Assembly: GCA_030648645.1 (NCBI GenBank)
Contig: JAUSHL010000038.1
Span: forward strand, 3,657-67,656
Origin: Candidatus Daviesbacteria bacterium
GTDB taxonomy: Bacteria; Patescibacteriota; Microgenomatia; Daviesbacterales; UBA10151
Direction: 5' to 3'
DNA: 64,000 nucleotides
The position numbers and the translations under genes are program-made. Under the pieces are notes generated by a model. The model searched no databases. It was not told the DNA's origin and saw nothing but the letters and a program-made list of their open reading frames with translations. Each line of letters begins with the position of its first letter. Position 1 is the stretch's first letter. Below, one piece after another: positions 18,360 to 26,831 of the stretch.

Positions 18360-19124
18360 ATGGATAGAATAGCTTTAAAAGCGGAAGAACGGGAAATATT
18401 GGGTAAAAAAGTTAAAAACCTTCGAAGTCAGGGTTTAATTCCGGCCCACGTTTTCGGAAAGGGACTTCAAACAGAGCATGTTACAGTAAGTGCTTTAGAA
18501 TTTAAAAAAGTTTATGACCAAGCCGGAGAAACCGGTTTGATTGATTTAAAGATCGGGGCAGAAAAAATCAGACCGGTGTTGATTCGGGGTGTTCAACTGG
18601 ATCCGGTCAGAGATAATCTTTTACACATTGATTTTTATCAAGTTAATTTATCGGTGAAAGTTAAAGTATTTGTACCGATTGAAATTATTGGGGAAGAGGC
18701 AGAAGCAGTACATACAGGGGAAGCTGTGGTTATTCAGCCAATGTCAGAGATTGAAGTTGAAGCTTTACCTGCCGATTTGCCGGAAAAAATTACTGTGGAT
18801 ATTACCTCACTTAAAGCAATTGATGATGCAATTTTAGTTTCCGGTTTATCTGTACCGGAGGGGGTGACAATTTTAGCCGAACCTGAAGCAGTGGTGGTAA
18901 AGCTTGATAGCGCAGTAACTGAAGAAATGAAGAGATTATTGGAAGAGCAAGCTGCTGAAGCTGCGGCGGCAGCTGCTGCACAGGCTCCTGCCGAAGGAGA
19001 ACCCGCCTCCGCTGAAGCTACGGCGGGCAAGGAAGCAGAGGGAGAAAAAGGTGCACAAGTTTCAACTGAGGCTGAACCCGCCTCCGCTGAAGCTACGGTG
19101 GGCAAGGAAGAAACTCCTGAATAA
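18360..19124 (+). CDS. rplY: 50S ribosomal protein L25 / general stress protein Ctc with Ala/Glu-rich C-terminal extension
   Basis: N-terminal L25 fold sequence ...REILGKKVKNLRSQGLIPAHVFGKG...; tail contains tandem EPASAEAT.GKE repeat. Confidence 0.85.
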   Translation: MDRIALKAEEREILGKKVKNLRSQGLIPAHVFGKGLQTEHVTVSALEFKKVYDQAGETGLIDLKIGAEKIRPVLIRGVQLDPVRDNLLHIDFYQVNLSVKVKVFVPIEIIGEEAEAVHTGEAVVIQPMSEIEVEALPADLPEKITVDITSLKAIDDAILVSGLSVPEGVTILAEPEAVVVKLDSAVTEEMKRLLEEQAAEAAAAAAAQAPAEGEPASAEATAGKEAEGEKGAQVSTEAEPASAEATVGKEETPE

Positions 19125-19223
19125 GCCCCCTGCGGTGATTTTACGTTAAATTTGCGGTAATTTCAGGCACAAACCTATTTAAATATTACTATCTAGCCCA
19201 TATTTTGCTAATATTTATGTACT

Positions 19224-19751
19224 ATGGAAGGTTATAAAAAGTTGGCAAGCTATATTTTAGCTACAGTGATTCATGATTTAACTGCTATATTTGTTAAACG
19301 TTGGATAAGTCCATATTCCCGGACAACAGATCAAATGGAACAGGCAGCCAGATCCGGTAAACAAAATATTGCCGAAGGGTATACAGTCCAAAGCCTGGAG
19401 AGTTATATAAAACTTTGTGGAGTAGCTGAAGGCTCAATTAAAGAACTGGCAATTGATTTTGAAGATTTTTTAAGACAAAGAGGATATTCTATTTGGGATA
19501 AGAATGATGAAAGAGTTAGGGGATTTAGGGCTTTTAGGGCTGTTTGGAAAATACCTAATATCCCCAATACCCCAAATTTACCTAATAATCCTGAAGAAGC
19601 AGCAAATATGCTTTTAACTTTTTGCCAGATGGAGTCTTTTCTTCTTCATAGGCAAATTGAAGCTTTAAGAAATAAGTTTATTTCAGAGGGTGGTTTTAGA
19701 GAAAATTTATTCAAAGAAAGGTTGATAGAAAAGAAAAAGCAAATTAGATAG
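19224..19751 (+). CDS. four-helix-bundle protein of the 23S rRNA intervening-sequence-encoded family (TIGR02436-like), with C-terminal extension
   Basis: MEGYKKLASYILATVIHDLTAIFVKRW...EQAARSGKQNIAEGY resembles IVS-protein family; here free-standing. Confidence 0.45.
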   Translation: MEGYKKLASYILATVIHDLTAIFVKRWISPYSRTTDQMEQAARSGKQNIAEGYTVQSLESYIKLCGVAEGSIKELAIDFEDFLRQRGYSIWDKNDERVRGFRAFRAVWKIPNIPNTPNLPNNPEEAANMLLTFCQMESFLLHRQIEALRNKFISEGGFRENLFKERLIEKKKQIR

Positions 19752-21996
19752 TTTTTGGCCAATTTTTAGTCATAATAGATTCTCCTGGAGCTATCTTTTG
19801 CCATAACTCTTCTGATAAAAAAGGCATAAAAGGATGGAGGAGCTTTAAGCAGGTTTGGAAAACATATTCTAAAACTGGTTGAGCCTCAGCTCTTCTGTCT
19901 TTGCTTTTTTCAATATAAACATCAGCAAACTTATGCCAGATAAATTCATATAATGTTTCTGTGGCCAGATGAAGCTGGAAGGATTCTAAATTTTTGGTCA
20001 CATCATTAATAGTTTTGTTTAGTTCTTCTAGTATTTTTTTATTATCGATATGAGATTGCTTCTCCGGCAATTGCCGGATCGCAATGACGTCAGTGCCGAG
20101 CGTTGTTGAAATGTCATTGCGAGGAGCCGTAGGCGACGTGGCAATCTCTTTTGGTTTTAGTTCATAAATAAATCTGTAAATATTTTTTATCTTTGTCCCA
20201 AAGTTCCGGTAATTTCTGCATCTTTCATCTATTATTTGTCGGGAGGTTCTGCCATCACGGCCGGGGGCAGAGTAGGAATAGAGTGCCATGCGGGTAGCAT
20301 CTACTCCCCACAGTTGTACCAAATCATAAGGATTAATACCATTGCCTAATGATTTGGAAAACTTTTTTCCATCTATTCCTCTGAGTGTTCCATGGAAAAA
20401 CATGTTTTTAAAAGGAATACTATCCTTAAACCAAAGACTTAACATAATTTGGCGGGCAATCCAAAGGTATTTAATCTCCGGAGCAGTTAGTTCAAAATCC
20501 CAGGGGAAGTATTTTTCCAATTCATCAGATTTGTCAGGTTTACCCTCCGAAGCTTTAGCGGAGGAGGGCCAATTAAGTGTAGATAAGGGCCACATTCCGG
20601 AAGAAAACCAAGTGTCTAAAACTTTCTCTTCCTGCACCCAGTCTTCTCCAGGTGAGTCTTTTGATACTTGTATTTGATTCCCTTTGTACCATATCGGTAT
20701 ACGGTGTCCCCACCAAAGATTGCGTGAGATACACCAATCATGAATTCCACTTAGCCAGTCTCCCAGAATTTTGTCATAGTTTTTGGGTAAAAAGTTGATT
20801 TTATCTAAATTCTTTAAAGCTTTTTCTGCCAATGGTTTCATTTTGATAAACCATTCCTCGGAGATTAAAGGCTCAACAGTAGTTTTGCATCTTTCGCAAA
20901 CAGGGACTGAATGAGTATATTCTTCTACTTTTTCGATTGTTCCATTTTGTTCTAAAATTTCAGCAACTTTTGCTCGGGCCTCGGCAATTTTTAAACCCTG
21001 CAAATCTCCGGCTAGATCAGTCATTTTTCCTAATTTATCAATGGCATGTAAAATCGGAAGGTTATGATCTTTGCCGATGGCAAAGTCCAAAGGATCATGA
21101 CCGGGGGTAATTTTTAAAGCCCCAGTCCCAAAATCTTTTTCAACACGGGTATCTTCAAAAATTGGGATTTGATTATTGTTTAATGGATTGATGGCAAATT
21201 TTCCAATAAATTTGGCAAATTTTGGATGATTGGGAAAAACTGCAATACCGCAATCTGCATAAATTGTTTCCGGACGGGCGGTGGCAATAGTAATAAATTG
21301 ATCTGTCATCCCGTACTTCGTCCAAAAGACGATCAGCCTTTGGCTGATGATACGGGATCCATGGATTCCCGCTTCCGCGGGAATGACATTATTGTTTTGT
21401 ATTTGATATTTAACATAATAAAGCTTTTCTTTTCTTTCCTCATATTCCATTTCCACATCTTCAATGGCAGTGTTGCATTTGGGACACCACTCTACAATAT
21501 AAGCCCCTTTATAAATTAAATCTTGCTCCCACAAAGTTTTAAATTCTACAAAAGTGGCTTGTTGAATTTTGGGATCCAAGGTAAAAACTTCTCTTGACCA
21601 GTCAGCCGAAATACCTAAAAAAGTCCAGGTGTTATGAAAAGAATTATAAATTTTTTCTTTAAATTTCCAAGCCCTTTTCATCCAACTATCATATCCTAAC
21701 TTTTGTTTGGAAAGATTTTCTTTGGCCAGTTCTTTGTTAAAAGTTGATTCAAAAATAATGCCGGCATGATCAACCCCCGGTAATAATAAAACATCAAATC
21801 CTTGCATTCGTTTGAAACGGGCAACTGCATCCAAAATTGATTGTTGCATAGCATGACCGAGGTGCAAATCTCCATTGACATTGGGTGGAGGCATTAAAAG
21901 GGAATAAGGTTTTTTAGAAGACTTAGGATCTGCTTTAAACAGCCCCGCCTTTTCCCAGAAATCATACAATTTTTGTTCTGAAGTTTGTTCATCCAT
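19744..21996 (-). CDS. valS: valine--tRNA ligase (short form) carrying two in-frame repeat-element insertions
   Basis: HIGH-type motif PPPNVNGDLHLGHA, KMSKS-type KFSKSLGN, editing-domain region WCPKCNTAIEDVEME; insertions at 20052-20148 and 21304-21388. Confidence 0.8.
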   Translation of the reverse strand: MDEQTSEQKLYDFWEKAGLFKADPKSSKKPYSLLMPPPNVNGDLHLGHAMQQSILDAVARFKRMQGFDVLLLPGVDHAGIIFESTFNKELAKENLSKQKLGYDSWMKRAWKFKEKIYNSFHNTWTFLGISADWSREVFTLDPKIQQATFVEFKTLWEQDLIYKGAYIVEWCPKCNTAIEDVEMEYEERKEKLYYVKYQIQNNNVIPAEAGIHGSRIISQRLIVFWTKYGMTDQFITIATARPETIYADCGIAVFPNHPKFAKFIGKFAINPLNNNQIPIFEDTRVEKDFGTGALKITPGHDPLDFAIGKDHNLPILHAIDKLGKMTDLAGDLQGLKIAEARAKVAEILEQNGTIEKVEEYTHSVPVCERCKTTVEPLISEEWFIKMKPLAEKALKNLDKINFLPKNYDKILGDWLSGIHDWCISRNLWWGHRIPIWYKGNQIQVSKDSPGEDWVQEEKVLDTWFSSGMWPLSTLNWPSSAKASEGKPDKSDELEKYFPWDFELTAPEIKYLWIARQIMLSLWFKDSIPFKNMFFHGTLRGIDGKKFSKSLGNGINPYDLVQLWGVDATRMALYSYSAPGRDGRTSRQIIDERCRNYRNFGTKIKNIYRFIYELKPKEIATSPTAPRNDISTTLGTDVIAIRQLPEKQSHIDNKKILEELNKTINDVTKNLESFQLHLATETLYEFIWHKFADVYIEKSKDRRAEAQPVLEYVFQTCLKLLHPFMPFLSEELWQKIAPGESIMTKNWPKTI

Positions 21997-22028
21997 AGGG
22001 TAAGTATAAAGCTAGTACTATCTCTTGG

Positions 22029-23348
22029 TCAATCAGAAAGAGAGATGTTAGGGTTTGCTTGTAGTTTGATTGGTTCAATTGGGTGATAGTTGTATAAAGC
22101 ACTAGTTGCAATATAGACAGCATTATCGGTACAAAGCTTGGGGGTAGGAATAGAAATTCGCACATTCATCTTTTTTTGCAAAGATTGTGCCACAAGCTTT
22201 TTGGCAAGAATTTGGTTGGCTGCAACTCCTCCTGCAACCAAAATTTGTTCAACTTTAAATGTTTGGACGGCTTTTAAAGTTTTGGCAACTAAAACATCGG
22301 TGATTGCTTCTTGGATAGAGGCTGAGAGGTTTGATATTTCTTGGGATTGCTTCTCCGGCAATTGCCGGATCGCAATGACATTGTTCTTCTTGTCATCGCG
22401 AGGAGTGTTAACGACGAAGCGATCTCTTGCAATATTTGAAATTGCAGTTTTTAAACCGGAAAAAGAAAAATCCCAGCCATAGGCTGGTCCGCCTTTGGCG
22501 GAAAAATTTCCATTCTCCAGCATTGGTCGGGGTAGTGGATATGCTTTGGGATTTCCTTTTTCTGCCATTTTTGAAATGGACGGACCTCCGGGATAAGGTA
22601 AACCCAGTAGCCTGGCAGATTTATCAAAACATTCACCGGCAGCATCGTCACGGGTTCCACCTAAATATTTATATTTACCATGATCTGTCATTAAAATTAA
22701 ATCTGTATGACCTCCTGAAACAAGAAGACCAATGGCGGGGAAGGTGGGTACTGTAAAATTGTCATTGCGAGGAAGGTCGATACTTCGACCCGGCGCGGCA
22801 ATCTTATTAATTGATTTGGCAGATTGTTTCGCGGAGTTTACGCTGAGATTGCTTCGCTCTGCTCGCAATGACGTCGAAGTGTTCGCAATGACAGGAGAAA
22901 TCCAATTTGCATAAAAATGACCCAGTAAGTGATTCACCGGTATTAATGGTTTATTCCAAACAGTTGCCAGAACTTTAGCAGTTTCTACTCCCACAAGGAG
23001 AGAACCAATTAGCCCCGGACCTTCGGTAACAGCAATGGCATCGATAGATTTTATTATCTCTTTATTGTCATGCTGAACTTGTTTCAGCATCTTGTCTGTG
23101 GATCCCGAAATAAATTCGGGATGACACTTTGCTTGAGTAAGTGCTTCCTGAATGACGGGAATAATGGATTTTAATTGTTCACGGGCTGCCTGTTCCGGGA
23201 TCACACCGCCGAATTTAGCTTGTAACTCAGCCGAGGATGCCACAATATTGGACAATATCGTTACTCGTTTCTCGTCACTCGCCACGATAGCACAAGCTGT
23301 CTCATCACAGGATGACTCAATTCCTAAAATGATACGGGGATTTTTCAT
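22029..23348 (-). CDS. tsaD: tRNA N6-adenosine threonylcarbamoyltransferase TsaD (Kae1/Gcp family) carrying two in-frame repeat-element insertions
   Basis: N-terminus ILGIESSCDETACAIV, HLLGHFYAN and LVSGGHT motifs; 439 aa vs ~340 typical; insertions at 22345-22436 and 22760-22893. Confidence 0.85.
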   Translation of the reverse strand: MKNPRIILGIESSCDETACAIVASDEKRVTILSNIVASSAELQAKFGGVIPEQAAREQLKSIIPVIQEALTQAKCHPEFISGSTDKMLKQVQHDNKEIIKSIDAIAVTEGPGLIGSLLVGVETAKVLATVWNKPLIPVNHLLGHFYANWISPVIANTSTSLRAERSNLSVNSAKQSAKSINKIAAPGRSIDLPRNDNFTVPTFPAIGLLVSGGHTDLILMTDHGKYKYLGGTRDDAAGECFDKSARLLGLPYPGGPSISKMAEKGNPKAYPLPRPMLENGNFSAKGGPAYGWDFSFSGLKTAISNIARDRFVVNTPRDDKKNNVIAIRQLPEKQSQEISNLSASIQEAITDVLVAKTLKAVQTFKVEQILVAGGVAANQILAKKLVAQSLQKKMNVRISIPTPKLCTDNAVYIATSALYNYHPIEPIKLQANPNISLSD

Positions 23349-23827
23349 GGAAACAAACTCTCTGCTTTTAGACCTGTAAATTGCTCTATTCCCTGAGTAT
23401 AAGCATTAACTTTGCTCAATATTGTTGTTTTCCAAGGTTCAATGGTTTCTCTTAAAGCTTGTTTTGTATTCAAATTGCTTCTCACGATTGCCTGAACAAT
23501 AGCTTGGGCGATTCTTTCCTGACGGTGGTTATCAGATAAAGATAGTTCAATACATTCACCTGCCACAAGTCTTTCATCAAATTTTCTGCATAAAGATATA
23601 AATTGATCTTTGGAACATCCTGCAATATATAAAAGAGATTCCGGTGTCCAACCATTTATTTTTTCAGAAATTGCTTTTAAGTGATAAGACGGAAGACCAA
23701 CAAGTTGAATGGGGGGATTTTCTAAACTTATAAGTTCAACTAAATCTTGTACAACAGTCACTGCTCCCTCTAGTTTATTAGGCTGATGTGGATGCCAATG
23801 TGTCTGATCATGTTCAGGAATAGCCAT
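23345..23827 (-). CDS. hypothetical protein translationally coupled to tsaD
   Basis: ORF track; stop overlaps tsaD start by 4 nt; His-rich N-terminus HDQTHWHPH. Confidence 0.3.
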   Translation of the reverse strand: MAIPEHDQTHWHPHQPNKLEGAVTVVQDLVELISLENPPIQLVGLPSYHLKAISEKINGWTPESLLYIAGCSKDQFISLCRKFDERLVAGECIELSLSDNHRQERIAQAIVQAIVRSNLNTKQALRETIEPWKTTILSKVNAYTQGIEQFTGLKAESLFP

Positions 23828-23863
23828 GTCGTAAAGTATTGTAGCATAATCGTAAACTGATTA

Positions 23864-24280
23864 TTAGGTAGAAATTTTAACAGAGTGGGCTTTTAACCAT
23901 TCGGATATTTGTTCCACTGAATAATTTTCATTTACTACTTTTCTTGTAAATTTGACTGCTTCTTTCCTTTTAATTTTTAAGGAATATTTATTATATTCAA
24001 GAAATAAAATAGCACAAAAAAGGGAAGTTCTTTTGTTTCCATCTAAAAAAGGATGGTTATTGATTATAGAATGAAATAAAGATGCACTTTTATCAAAAAT
24101 GGATTTATAAGCATCTTGAAATCCGATTGACATTTGAGGCCTACCTACAGAAGAACTTAATATATGTAAATCCCTTACACCATGAATGCCACCAAATTGA
24201 GACACCAATTCTTCATTGATAGCGATTATTTCTGCCTCAGAAAGATAGTGAATTATTATACTCTTGCCAGATCTTGCCAT
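23864..24280 (-). CDS. doc: Fic/Doc family toxin (death-on-curing)
   Basis: Fic motif HPFLDGNKRTSLF. Confidence 0.75.
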   Translation of the reverse strand: MARSGKSIIIHYLSEAEIIAINEELVSQFGGIHGVRDLHILSSSVGRPQMSIGFQDAYKSIFDKSASLFHSIINNHPFLDGNKRTSLFCAILFLEYNKYSLKIKRKEAVKFTRKVVNENYSVEQISEWLKAHSVKIST

Positions 24281-24495
24281 ACTCCTGCATATTTTTTAGA
24301 AATTTTTTTAATCAACTTTACTACTGTTGGGTCTATATCTGTTGGTTTTTTAGCCTTTTTCTCGTGCATCAAGAGCAATCCTTCATCGGTATTTTTCCAC
24401 TCAATAGTGGATCCATCTCTAATACTGAGTTGATGAGCATAAGCTTTTGGTACTGTTACTGCTAGAGAGTTGCCGTTTTTAAATACTTTTCTCAT
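24256..24495 (-). CDS. AbrB/MazE-fold antitoxin (Phd-like partner of Doc)
   Basis: SpoVT/AbrB-like N-terminus MRKVFKNGNSLAVTVPKAY; overlaps doc start. Confidence 0.6.
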   Translation of the reverse strand: MRKVFKNGNSLAVTVPKAYAHQLSIRDGSTIEWKNTDEGLLLMHEKKAKKPTDIDPTVVKLIKKISKKYAGVWQDLARV

Positions 24496-24568
24496 ACGAT
24501 TATTATATCACATTATGTACTGACAATGTACTGACCCCGATTTAATCGGGGCTGGCCTTTTTGCTATA

Positions 24569-24596
24569 TTGAAAGTATCATTCTCGGATGTATAAT
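24569..24596 (+). promoter_or_regulatory. sigma70-like promoter (TTGAAA-16-TATAAT) upstream of the 457-aa gene
   Basis: ttgaaagtatcattctcggatgtataat. Confidence 0.4.
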
Positions 24597-24604
24597 CTGT
24601 CTAT

Positions 24605-25978
24605 ATGTTGGAAACAGAACAGCTTGCCAAAGAGAATTTTGCCTCGGCTGTAGCTTTGGCAAAGACATTTGATTTTCGTTCGGATCAAATCCGGCTCAAT
24701 AGTCATATTGGAAAGTGTCTCGCAGGAGCAGGATTAGATTATTCTGCACAACTGCAATTTTTGAGTAAGATTCTACCCAGAGTAAAAGGTAAGAAGGAAG
24801 CAGAAGAAAGAAGATCCGCTCTATATGGAATGGCAGATATATATTTGGCCGGTAATGATCCGCAGTCAGCTTTTAAAATAATCTCCTTGGATAGAAATCG
24901 GCAGTCATTTTTGCGACCACATTTTGATCTAAAAATTGCCAGAGAGTTTGCCAAATTAGGGCAAGATCCAAGCAAAGCTTTAAAAAGAGTGTCATCTAAT
25001 ATCAGAAATGTAACAGGAGAGGATGGATTAAAGGATTTTATACAGGCTAATGATTATATTGGACTTGCCGAAACACAATATGATTTAGGTATTGATCATA
25101 AGCCTGCATTAACTAAAGCACATTCTCTATTTGAAAAATTAGGTTCAGAAAAATCAGTTGTCGAAGGTAAGTTAGCAAGGCTGTATGCTATATTCGGCGA
25201 TCCGGAGATGGTTTTGGATATAGTGGAGAAAATACAAGATCAAAATCCGGATCAAACCATTCATCGAAAAACAGAGGTTTTGCGGTCTGCATCCAGAGCA
25301 AGTTTGGCCAGAGGAGATGTTGATACCGCATTGGAAATTGCTGATGAGGAATCGGATTTGCTTATGGCTGAAATTGCTGCAGGTGGAGCAGTACAGGCAG
25401 TACAAAATAAAAATAGTGAATCAGCAGGTATTTTAATTGGAGTTGCAATGGATCATATAGATAGACCACAAGAGGAAGCATTGTCAGATTATGAGGAGGG
25501 GTGGCAGGCAGAAGTTTATTCTTTGATAGACCGAGCTAAGATTTTAACCGGAGTGAATCATGTTATGTATGGAGGAAGACCTTTTCTCCAGTCTTTAGAT
25601 ATTGCCTCTATTGTACGGGATGCACTATATCGTGCATCAACATATAATGAGATAGCCAAAAATCAGGCCTTAGTTGATATAGACGCAAAACCGGCTTGGA
25701 AATTAGCCCTTGAATCTGTTGCCAAAGAACTGAGACGTTCAGAAGGAAATAGTTGGACTGAGGGGGTGTGTTTACTCACCTTGGAAGATTTTACAAATGA
25801 TCAGGTTGAATGCGGTTACTATGATACAGCTTTGGATACAGTGGAGCAAATGATTAAAATTGATGAAATTACAAGCAAGAAGCTTACTAATAGATATTAT
25901 GAAGTATTTAAAACAGAGGTATTGGCAGATATTGGGTTAGCCCAGGTCAAAAAATCCCGCAAATTGGGGGCATCTTGA
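24605..25978 (+). CDS. alpha-helical repeat protein of unknown function (partner of Cas4-like nuclease)
   Basis: ORF track; predicted all-helical, locally higher GC than surroundings; stop 4 nt before next ATG. Confidence 0.3.
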   Translation: MLETEQLAKENFASAVALAKTFDFRSDQIRLNSHIGKCLAGAGLDYSAQLQFLSKILPRVKGKKEAEERRSALYGMADIYLAGNDPQSAFKIISLDRNRQSFLRPHFDLKIAREFAKLGQDPSKALKRVSSNIRNVTGEDGLKDFIQANDYIGLAETQYDLGIDHKPALTKAHSLFEKLGSEKSVVEGKLARLYAIFGDPEMVLDIVEKIQDQNPDQTIHRKTEVLRSASRASLARGDVDTALEIADEESDLLMAEIAAGGAVQAVQNKNSESAGILIGVAMDHIDRPQEEALSDYEEGWQAEVYSLIDRAKILTGVNHVMYGGRPFLQSLDIASIVRDALYRASTYNEIAKNQALVDIDAKPAWKLALESVAKELRRSEGNSWTEGVCLLTLEDFTNDQVECGYYDTALDTVEQMIKIDEITSKKLTNRYYEVFKTEVLADIGLAQVKKSRKLGAS

Positions 25979-25982
25979 ATAA

Positions 25983-26831
25983 ATGATTCAAAGGAAAAAG
26001 GCAGGTTTTGTTAAAAATGCCCTTTACTTATCTCACACCACTTTAAATGATTTTTTAAATTGCCCCCGTGCCTATTATTTAAAAAATATTTATCGTAATC
26101 CTGAGACCGGTTATAAATTACAAATTGCTTCCCCATATCTCAGCTTGGGTGCTACAGTGCATGATGCTATAAAATGGTTTTTGGAACAGGGATCAAAGTT
26201 GTTTTTCAATGATATTGAAGGGCAATACCGTAATCATTGGCAAAAATACCGTGGTAAAAAAGGTGGATTTAGTTCGGATGAGGAAGAAGCAATTTTTGGT
26301 AAGAGGGGATTGAAAATGCTTCAGAATTTTGTCGAAAATTCTTCTAAATTGGAAAAACTCCTACCACTTATAAATTTTCCTAAATATCCATTAACGGAAA
26401 ATATTATTTTGCACGGAAATATGGATTTTGTGGGGGAAAGAAAAGATGACAGTTTGCATGTTTTGGATTTTAAAACCGGCACCCGTGATGAAGACAGTCC
26501 AATTCAGCTTTATATTTATGCAATTTTGGCAGAAAATAATTATGAAAAGCCGGTTTCAAAGGCAAGTTTTTGGTATTTAGATCGGGATGAAAATCCCAAA
26601 GAAATAGTTATTGATTCTTTAGAACACACTATTGATTGGTTAAAAGAAAAGGGTTTACTCATGCAAAAAGCCATTGCCGAAAATAATTGGGTTTGTAAAA
26701 ATGGTCCCGCACCAGACGGTGCAGGATTGTGTAGAGATTGCAAGGAATATCAGGCAATAATTGATGGTAAAGGGGAATTTATGTTCTCAGATTATGCTTT
26801 TAAAAAGGATATATATTTTTTATCTCATTGA
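25983..26831 (+). CDS. PD-(D/E)xK nuclease of the Cas4/RecB family with four-Cys cluster
   Basis: N-terminal Cys (NCPRAYY), GNMDF, VLDFKTG (D-x-K), QLYIYA, C-terminal CKNGPAPDGAGLCRDC. Confidence 0.65.
   Translation: MIQRKKAGFVKNALYLSHTTLNDFLNCPRAYYLKNIYRNPETGYKLQIASPYLSLGATVHDAIKWFLEQGSKLFFNDIEGQYRNHWQKYRGKKGGFSSDEEEAIFGKRGLKMLQNFVENSSKLEKLLPLINFPKYPLTENIILHGNMDFVGERKDDSLHVLDFKTGTRDEDSPIQLYIYAILAENNYEKPVSKASFWYLDRDENPKEIVIDSLEHTIDWLKEKGLLMQKAIAENNWVCKNGPAPDGAGLCRDCKEYQAIIDGKGEFMFSDYAFKKDIYFLSH

Noticed and set aside
18734-19105. Minus-strand ORF 123 aa
   Set aside because: It is antisense to the GC-rich Ala/Glu tail of rplY and is a low-complexity artefact.
21226-21519. Plus-strand ORF 97 aa inside valS
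   Set aside because: It is entirely the antisense translation of a MITE copy plus valS sequence, and valS on the other strand is intact and conserved.
22138-22914. Three plus-strand ORFs (114, 109, 60 aa) overlapping tsaD
   Set aside because: They are antisense to an intact tsaD and composed largely of repeat-element sequence.
24541-24572. Hairpin plus T-run (ccccgatttaatcgggg ctggcctttttgc) as a terminator
   Set aside because: Its orientation is wrong for the minus-strand phd/doc operon and there is no plus-strand gene upstream. It more likely belongs to the divergent promoter region, so it was not called.
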